Shown here: positions 58,692 through 64,000 of the stretch, in pieces
Position numbering within the stretch: the stretch's first letter is position 1
Layout: every line of letters begins with the position of its first letter
Virus record (IMG/VR): IMGVR_UViG_3300024308_000022
Location: 1-64,000 of that record
DNA: 64,000 nt
Direction: 5' to 3' (one strand)
DNA from: an uncultured virus (IMG/VR IMGVR_UViG_3300024308_000022)
Taxonomy: Duplodnaviria > Heunggongvirae > Uroviricota > Caudoviricetes
Program-made: the position numbers and the translations under genes
Notes under the pieces: model-generated
Told to the model about the DNA's origin: nothing
Seen by the model: only the letters and a program-made list of their open reading frames with translations
Databases searched by the model: none

Positions 58692-59068
58692 CAGACTTTG
58701 TAAATCAGGTATTCTCGACGGATAACTTTGAAGTTTCGGTGGTTACAAAACACGGGATTCCGTCCCAGGTATCGAGTTGGTTACTGGATCAGATACCCTC
58801 ACTGACCAGCGACTCCATCGCGTTTCCTTCAGTTGAAATCACACGTACGTACGGCGAAGAACCTTATTTAGGACTTCTTTGTGTTAGTTCTTCTAGCCGT
58901 GTGCTGCTGAACATCCACTACCCGACTCAAATACCAGTAGAAGATAGAATAGAAGTGCGGTATAAAGATGGTCGTCGTTTTCTATTGTGCTTCTTAGAAG
59001 TGTTCGAAGACGGGCATTGGACAAACCCCCACAGAGCGGCTGTGTTAGTAATCAAGTTAATGGATTAA
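58688..59068 (+). CDS. hypothetical protein
   Basis: Coupled ATGA start. Confidence 0.65.
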   Translation: MTDFVNQVFSTDNFEVSVVTKHGIPSQVSSWLLDQIPSLTSDSIAFPSVEITRTYGEEPYLGLLCVSSSSRVLLNIHYPTQIPVEDRIEVRYKDGRRFLLCFLEVFEDGHWTNPHRAAVLVIKLMD

Positions 59069-59070
59069 GT

Positions 59071-59577
59071 ATGTTAGTAGAAATTGAGTACGAGACGAAA
59101 CCTCAGTTCAGGCGTAGGCTCGCCATCTTTGTGATGTCACACCTAATGACATGTAAAGACAACGCAGAGCGAGCAAGGAAACTCGACACTGAAGAGAAAG
59201 AGATCACGAACCTCCGTGGTTTAGCGTTAGACCGTAGCGTGTATTACCAAACACGGTATTGTATTCAAACGCTCGTAGACTTCTCAGCGACGTTAGCTCC
59301 GTTTCGTGTACTCGTGGGTGAAAGTGAAACTCCAGGGGAAATCAAGACTACCAATCTGAATCTCCACCTGGATCTTTACCTATTTATCCGTAGGTACTAC
59401 AAAGAGTCGAGACTGCGGTATAGTGACTTAGCGCTGCAATGGGGAGTTCCTTTAGAGTTTGTGAAGAAACTGTTAATCAAACCAAGCAATCCAAATTGGC
59501 AGGACAATCGTGCGTCTTTACCTGTTCTGTTGGATTTCTTAAGAGACCATCTTCCGGTGGTGATTGAAATTCGTTAA
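59071..59577 (+). CDS. HTH-like paralog family member 1
   Basis: IRRYYKESRLRYSDLALQWGV. Confidence 0.6.
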   Translation: MLVEIEYETKPQFRRRLAIFVMSHLMTCKDNAERARKLDTEEKEITNLRGLALDRSVYYQTRYCIQTLVDFSATLAPFRVLVGESETPGEIKTTNLNLHLDLYLFIRRYYKESRLRYSDLALQWGVPLEFVKKLLIKPSNPNWQDNRASLPVLLDFLRDHLPVVIEIR

Positions 59578-59754
59578 ACGATAAGAAAGAAGGAAGAGTA
59601 CTATGACGAAAGAACAAAGAAATCAAGACCACAAAGCGTTTGTGCGTTTAGTACAAACCGCTTTAATCTTAAATCAGTTAGAAAACGAACGTCAGTCATC
59701 TACGCCCTCTTCTCGATGAAGTCAAAATACACATAGACAACATCGCCGCACTTT

Positions 59755-60138
59755 TTGACGAAAAGGCGACGTGGTTTAGTCGAGCAAAACTTCACTCTAA
59801 TGCCAGTCGGCCTAGACGTAGTGTTTGGATTACCGGAAGTACACGACGCCTACGCCAACGAAGGCGACTATTCTAGTTGGGCGGATGCACATCTGTGGAC
59901 CATAACTCAACGACACCCAGATGTGTTCTCAGATGCGTTGACCCGGAGGTTACGCCAGATTCTCTTTTATCTCTACTCGATTAAACGAATACACGCGATG
60001 GAACAACAATGTACCGGCGACTATTGGTTGGAATTAAAGTGGAGACCTCTAGAGGGTGACTCGTGGCTTTTATCCCTGAAGTTTAATTGGGACTCAATCG
60101 AGGTCGAACACCATCTGAAATTAGAGCTTTTGAAGTAG
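59755..60138 (+). CDS. hypothetical protein, 5' region possibly frameshifted
   Basis: No good RBS at the TTG; upstream fragments lie in other frames. Confidence 0.4.
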   Translation: MTKRRRGLVEQNFTLMPVGLDVVFGLPEVHDAYANEGDYSSWADAHLWTITQRHPDVFSDALTRRLRQILFYLYSIKRIHAMEQQCTGDYWLELKWRPLEGDSWLLSLKFNWDSIEVEHHLKLELLK

Positions 60139-60142
60139 CATA

Positions 60143-60171
60143 AAGAGGAGACTTCGGTCTCCTCTTTTTTT
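60143..60171 (+). terminator. intrinsic terminator with stem-loop identical to 355..383
   Basis: AGAGGAGACTTCGGTCTCCTCTTTTTTT. Confidence 0.9.
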
Positions 60172-60183
60172 GCCTTATAGAAA

Positions 60184-60213
60184 TGGAATTTAAAACAGAT
60201 ATACATTATTGTT
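60184..60213 (+). promoter_or_regulatory. putative early phage promoter
   Basis: TGGAATTTAAAACAGATATACATTATT. Confidence 0.7.
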
Positions 60214-60251
60214 AGGACCTAACCACACCAACAATAAGGACACGTGAAAGA

Positions 60252-60782
60252 ATGTCGGTAGAAATCGTATTTGAAAACCCAGTACAATTCAAACAAGACT
60301 TAGCGAGAGCGCTCTCGGTTGAAGTCCGTCGGCGCACGAGAATGGTGAAAAGAGTGTACACAGAACTAGGGATAGACAACAGAGCTATTGCCGGAATACA
60401 CTATCTCAGTCAGAGGAAAGATCGCGAACAAACAAAAGCGATCAAAACCGATCGTATCTTAAATAGCCTTTTGCGTCTCACTTCAGTGGAGATCACGGTG
60501 GGAAAAGAACCGACAGTTGCTTATCAGACAACCGATGCGCGATTCAAACATTCACTCTTTGTGTTGTTACGCGAGTGTTACAAAAAGACGGGAAAGACGG
60601 CTCCGCAGTTAGCGTATCGGTGGGGGTTAACCGTTTCAGCAATACGCCGGGTAGTGGCCGCGCGTGACGAAAAGATCACTAAAAAAGACCACGTGGGGTT
60701 GACGACACTATTGACAGTTGTGGCGGCTCAGTGTCCTACGCGGTTTGTTATCACAAGCACGGAGCCTTTAAAATGCGAGTGA
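60252..60782 (+). CDS. HTH-like paralog family member 2
   Basis: LRECYKKTGKTAPQLAYRWGLT. Confidence 0.65.
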   Translation: MSVEIVFENPVQFKQDLARALSVEVRRRTRMVKRVYTELGIDNRAIAGIHYLSQRKDREQTKAIKTDRILNSLLRLTSVEITVGKEPTVAYQTTDARFKHSLFVLLRECYKKTGKTAPQLAYRWGLTVSAIRRVVAARDEKITKKDHVGLTTLLTVVAAQCPTRFVITSTEPLKCE

Positions 60783-61291
60783 TCAAATTTCTGAACATCG
60801 CCCGACTGAAACAAGACTTAGCGAAGTTGATCATCAGCACGCAACTGGAGAACGAGTCTTTAAGCAGACACTTGAGATTAACCACCAAAGAGTGTTCTGT
60901 GTTAAGAGCTTTAGCTTCAGAAACCAAAATCAAAGAGTACTTAGATCAATTTGGTATATTGAAACTGATCCGTTTAGCTAGTCGTGTGGAGCCGTTTGAA
61001 TTACATCTAGGGGTAATAGAAGAGAACACACCACGGTACACCAGCACACCGAATAACGGACGAGAGGTGTTACACCGACACCTCCGTACTCTGTACGAAA
61101 ACAGTGGTGTAGATAAGTACGTCTTAGGTGCGAGGTATGGGTTATCGAAGATGAATGCCATACGCGCTTTTATGCCGCTTGACACGGAAGCGTGGTTTAA
61201 GTGTCGTTTAGGACATCGTTTACTGTTCGAATTGGTAACAAAAGCAAGTCCAGTCATTTGGGTTGTCTCTAAAGAAGGAAACGTACAATGA
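60773..61291 (+). CDS. HTH-like paralog family member 3
   Basis: LRTLYENSGVDKYVLGARYGLS; ATG after GGAG. Confidence 0.65.
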   Translation: MRVIKFLNIARLKQDLAKLIISTQLENESLSRHLRLTTKECSVLRALASETKIKEYLDQFGILKLIRLASRVEPFELHLGVIEENTPRYTSTPNNGREVLHRHLRTLYENSGVDKYVLGARYGLSKMNAIRAFMPLDTEAWFKCRLGHRLLFELVTKASPVIWVVSKEGNVQ

Positions 61292-61620
61292 ATGAAATTT
61301 ACGAGGTGGAGGAAGGACGTAGTTATGTGTCGAAACGTACAAAGACGTTAGTGTTGGTGAAGAGTATAGCCAGACACGCACAAGACTGCAGTCGTCCGAT
61401 GGTGGTGTATACGAATCTAAAACCTACAGACGACAGTCCAGCGGGTACGGTGTGGGTATTAGATTATGACATGTTCTTAAATCGTTTTGGACCTACGGAT
61501 AGTAGAGTTCTGGAACTACCTAAAGGTGCGGGTAAAACAAATCGTCCTCTGTTCTTTGAATGCAAACACCAGTTCATGAAATGGCCTGAGGCACACTCAC
61601 GTGAAAATGGAGAAGAGTAA
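61288..61620 (+). CDS. DUF1653-like small protein
   Basis: V..IARH.......VVY.......VWV..YDMF..RF pattern. Confidence 0.6.
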   Translation: MNEIYEVEEGRSYVSKRTKTLVLVKSIARHAQDCSRPMVVYTNLKPTDDSPAGTVWVLDYDMFLNRFGPTDSRVLELPKGAGKTNRPLFFECKHQFMKWPEAHSRENGEE

Positions 61621-62063
61621 TGAAAGAGAAGTTGATTAACGTAGTGCTGTTAGTAGCGTTACTTACATTTGCGTGGTGGACTTTAGTTTTAGAGAAAGAA
61701 AACACCACAAAGAAATTCGACGCGGTGATGGCCGCTGGTAATGTAACTATTACCGTAAAACACAAAGTGCAGGAAGAAACTCGCACTGGTCCTGAGTATT
61801 ACTTAATTGGTACAAAAGGAGAAGAGTTTTATGTCGATCGCGTTACGTACATGAACGCGGTAGTGGGGAGTCGGGTTACTTTTGTGTGTGAGAAAAGTAG
61901 TGATTACGGAAGAGTGAGGTGTCCGGACCCGTACGGTGAAGGGAATAACGTACATTACTCCGCTATCTACTTAATCGTGGTGTTGAACGCTGTGTTGTTT
62001 TCCGTGTTCTTCAGTTTAAGGAAAAGACTAGTTGCAAAGTTAATGCGATTGGGTGTAGAGTAA
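61620..62063 (+). CDS. two-TM membrane protein
   Basis: Hydrophobic helices at both termini. Confidence 0.7.
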   Translation: MKEKLINVVLLVALLTFAWWTLVLEKENTTKKFDAVMAAGNVTITVKHKVQEETRTGPEYYLIGTKGEEFYVDRVTYMNAVVGSRVTFVCEKSSDYGRVRCPDPYGEGNNVHYSAIYLIVVLNAVLFSVFFSLRKRLVAKLMRLGVE

Positions 62064-62064
62064 G

Positions 62065-62628
62065 ATGCAGTACGTTACTTCTGATACGCATCTCGACCAC
62101 GAGAAAGCACTAACGCTCAACAACCGTCCTTTCTCAACTCTCGCTGAGTTCGAGGACTATTTCTTCGAGCAGGCCAATGCATTACCAGACAATGCCACAC
62201 TGTATATCCTTGGTGACTTCGTCGTACAACACCGACCAGAAAACTTACATCGTTTATTGAAACGTTTTAAGTTGACTCTGAAGTTAGTGTTTACTCCCGG
62301 AAACCACGACCATCGGTTAAGTGACGTCTTCGCTGTATACGGGCAGACATCACCTATTATTGAAATTAAACACTTCAAACGAAAGGTGGTGTTGTCCCAC
62401 ATGCCGATGACGGAATGGAACCAAGGACACCACGGCGCAATCCACCTATTCGGACATTGTCACGGTCGGTACAAACATCACGGGAAGTCGTTAGACGTCG
62501 GGTGGGATACACAGCAACGTATTTACTCGTTGGACGAGGCTATTGCATTAGCTGACCAAAACCCAATCTTTCAACCTTGCCATTCACAAAACAATGGTTT
62601 ACTGAACGTACCAGAGAAACGGTACTAG
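62065..62628 (+). CDS. calcineurin-like metallophosphoesterase
   Basis: SDTH, LGD, GNHD, SH.P, GHCH and DVG motifs. Confidence 0.92.
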   Translation: MQYVTSDTHLDHEKALTLNNRPFSTLAEFEDYFFEQANALPDNATLYILGDFVVQHRPENLHRLLKRFKLTLKLVFTPGNHDHRLSDVFAVYGQTSPIIEIKHFKRKVVLSHMPMTEWNQGHHGAIHLFGHCHGRYKHHGKSLDVGWDTQQRIYSLDEAIALADQNPIFQPCHSQNNGLLNVPEKRY

Positions 62629-62636
62629 GAGGTAAA

Positions 62637-62897
62637 GTGTTTGAATACAACTTCACAACTCAAGCATTGGTGTCTTTAGGGTACGCGCTGCGGTTTCCTA
62701 AAATCGATTTCTACCAACGATCGGTTACGTTGTTGAATCGGTATTGGGAACTTTTCGCAAAGGCACCAGAAGCACAGTGGGGCGAATACGTCAAACAACA
62801 GTCAGCTGGACTAACCCACGATCAGCGCGTGACGTCATTAATGTACGACGTGCGTGCGTGGGTCAAGAAAACTCAGGAGGTTTTATGTCGAACTTAA
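62637..62897 (+). CDS. hypothetical protein
   Basis: GTG after AGGAGG. Confidence 0.65.
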   Translation: MFEYNFTTQALVSLGYALRFPKIDFYQRSVTLLNRYWELFAKAPEAQWGEYVKQQSAGLTHDQRVTSLMYDVRAWVKKTQEVLCRT

Positions 62898-63193
62898 CAC
62901 ACGTTGTAAATATCGCGTCTGATGTACATCGCCCTTTAGCATTCAAAGGGTCTTTAAAACGCTGTAGAATGCTGCTGGATGTATTTCTGGACGACGGCGT
63001 CTCTGTAGACTCTTTACTGTTAGTCACAGCCCAGTCGATCATTGGTGGGTACTTACGCCCTCGCACTGTGGACTTCACGGCATACAACAACCCACACCTA
63101 CCTGAAGACCAGCAGGATGAGTGGATTGATAAAGAAGGGTTAGTGCGTACCACGAGTGACGTACTTGTGTATTACCGTACTGAACGAAATTAA
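62885..63193 (+). CDS. hypothetical protein
   Basis: ATG after AGGAGG. Confidence 0.65.
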   Translation: MSNLTHVVNIASDVHRPLAFKGSLKRCRMLLDVFLDDGVSVDSLLLVTAQSIIGGYLRPRTVDFTAYNNPHLPEDQQDEWIDKEGLVRTTSDVLVYYRTERN

Positions 63194-63206
63194 AGGAGTA
63201 ATAGCA

Positions 63207-64000
63207 GTGTCAGAAGTCGATGAATTACGACCTTTAAAACAACCTGTATTTGAACTACAGTACGTTTACACTGAAGACGATGAATTTCAGATACGTGTTA
63301 ATGCTCAGGGAGATCTGATCAACTTCAATGGTCCGTATATCCGCATCCGGTTTGATCGTAAAGTGGAACTTCAGGAAAACGAAGAATATGGGGTGTTCTT
63401 AGTGGCGACTGGAACAACCTACGCAGGACGTGGTTGGCCTTACGATGTTGCTGTAGTACCTTCTCGTTCTGTGGTGATCGGTGCTGTACGTAAAGACTAC
63501 GAACTCAACCGCTTACGCACGTTCCCAAGAGAAGCTGTCGAACTACTTTACAGCGGCGACGTGGCATTCAGAACAATCCAAGGAATCGATACAACGTTAG
63601 GGATAGAGAGTCTCGATTCACTTGCGGTAGACCTCTGTGCAAATCGCGGATATTTCTTTAAACATCTCCATAACGTATCTCCTAGAGATTACGACAGAGA
63701 AAGAGAGAACATCGAAGTTTGCGATCTCACGTACTTAAGAAAACAAGTCGATCTTTCCGTGCCTGAGGAAACACTCCTGCAGGCACGCAGATGGCTTCTG
63801 TCCTGTAGAAACAAGCAGATCGAAGAGCTGATGTACTCGACCTACAACCACCCCACACTTGGAGATATAACCATTTTGACTCCAAATACGACATGGGTGG
63901 GCGGACCTACCTTCGTACGTGACGTTTTACAGCACCTACTGAAAACAAAGGTGGGTTACGACACTAACGTGGGATTAACATTGGGTGTCGTGTCGCGGCT
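63207..64000 (+). CDS. hypothetical protein, apparently running off the window end
   Basis: AAGGAG RBS, GTG start, MSEVDELRPLKQPVFELQY...; I read only the first ~80 codons as open. Confidence 0.55.
   Translation, partial: MSEVDELRPLKQPVFELQYVYTEDDEFQIRVNAQGDLINFNGPYIRIRFDRKVELQENEEYGVFLVATGTTYAGRGWPYDVAVVPSRSVVIGAVRKDYELNRLRTFPREAVELLYSGDVAFRTIQGIDTTLGIESLDSLAVDLCANRGYFFKHLHNVSPRDYDRERENIEVCDLTYLRKQVDLSVPEETLLQARRWLLSCRNKQIEELMYSTYNHPTLGDITILTPNTTWVGGPTFVRDVLQHLLKTKVGYDTNVGLTLGVVSR

Noticed and set aside
1..64000. CRISPR array or tRNA genes
   Set aside because: No regularly spaced direct repeats or cloverleaf sequences were seen by eye; intergenic gaps are short and explained by hairpins and promoters.
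1..64000. Alternative genetic code (stop reassignment)
   Set aside because: Core genes are full length under code 11, and TAA, TAG and TGA all end genes.
1..64000. Chimallin, PhuZ tubulin, major capsid or terminase large subunit genes
   Set aside because: Expected in this phage group but not recognisable in this window.

Overview
This window is 64 kb of a phiKZ-like jumbo myophage (Chimalliviridae-type); phiKZ gene numbers below are from recall, not a search. A conserved core block spans about 7.6-43.8 kb. It contains a baseplate central spike, SbcC/Rad50 ATPase, a spanin-like pair, RNase H, UvsX/RecA, three split virion RNA polymerase subunits, a 2263-aa tape-measure/lytic transglycosylase and the prohead protease. 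Both flanks are dense + strand accessory genes preceded by a recurrent phage promoter-like motif. They include a MazG-like NTP pyrophosphatase, ThyA, a stand-alone QueC, an Srd/HNH-like protein, tandem AAA+ ATPases, a metallophosphoesterase and several small paralog families. The clearest hidden signal is an ORF-less 510-nt group I intron inserted inside the catalytic DxDGD motif of the virion RNAP beta' gene; splicing would give a non-canonical GADNDGD. The best candidate for an undescribed system is the QueC / Srd-HNH-like / paralog pair / AAA+ pair locus at about 49.8-56.2 kb. No tRNA or CRISPR array was seen.
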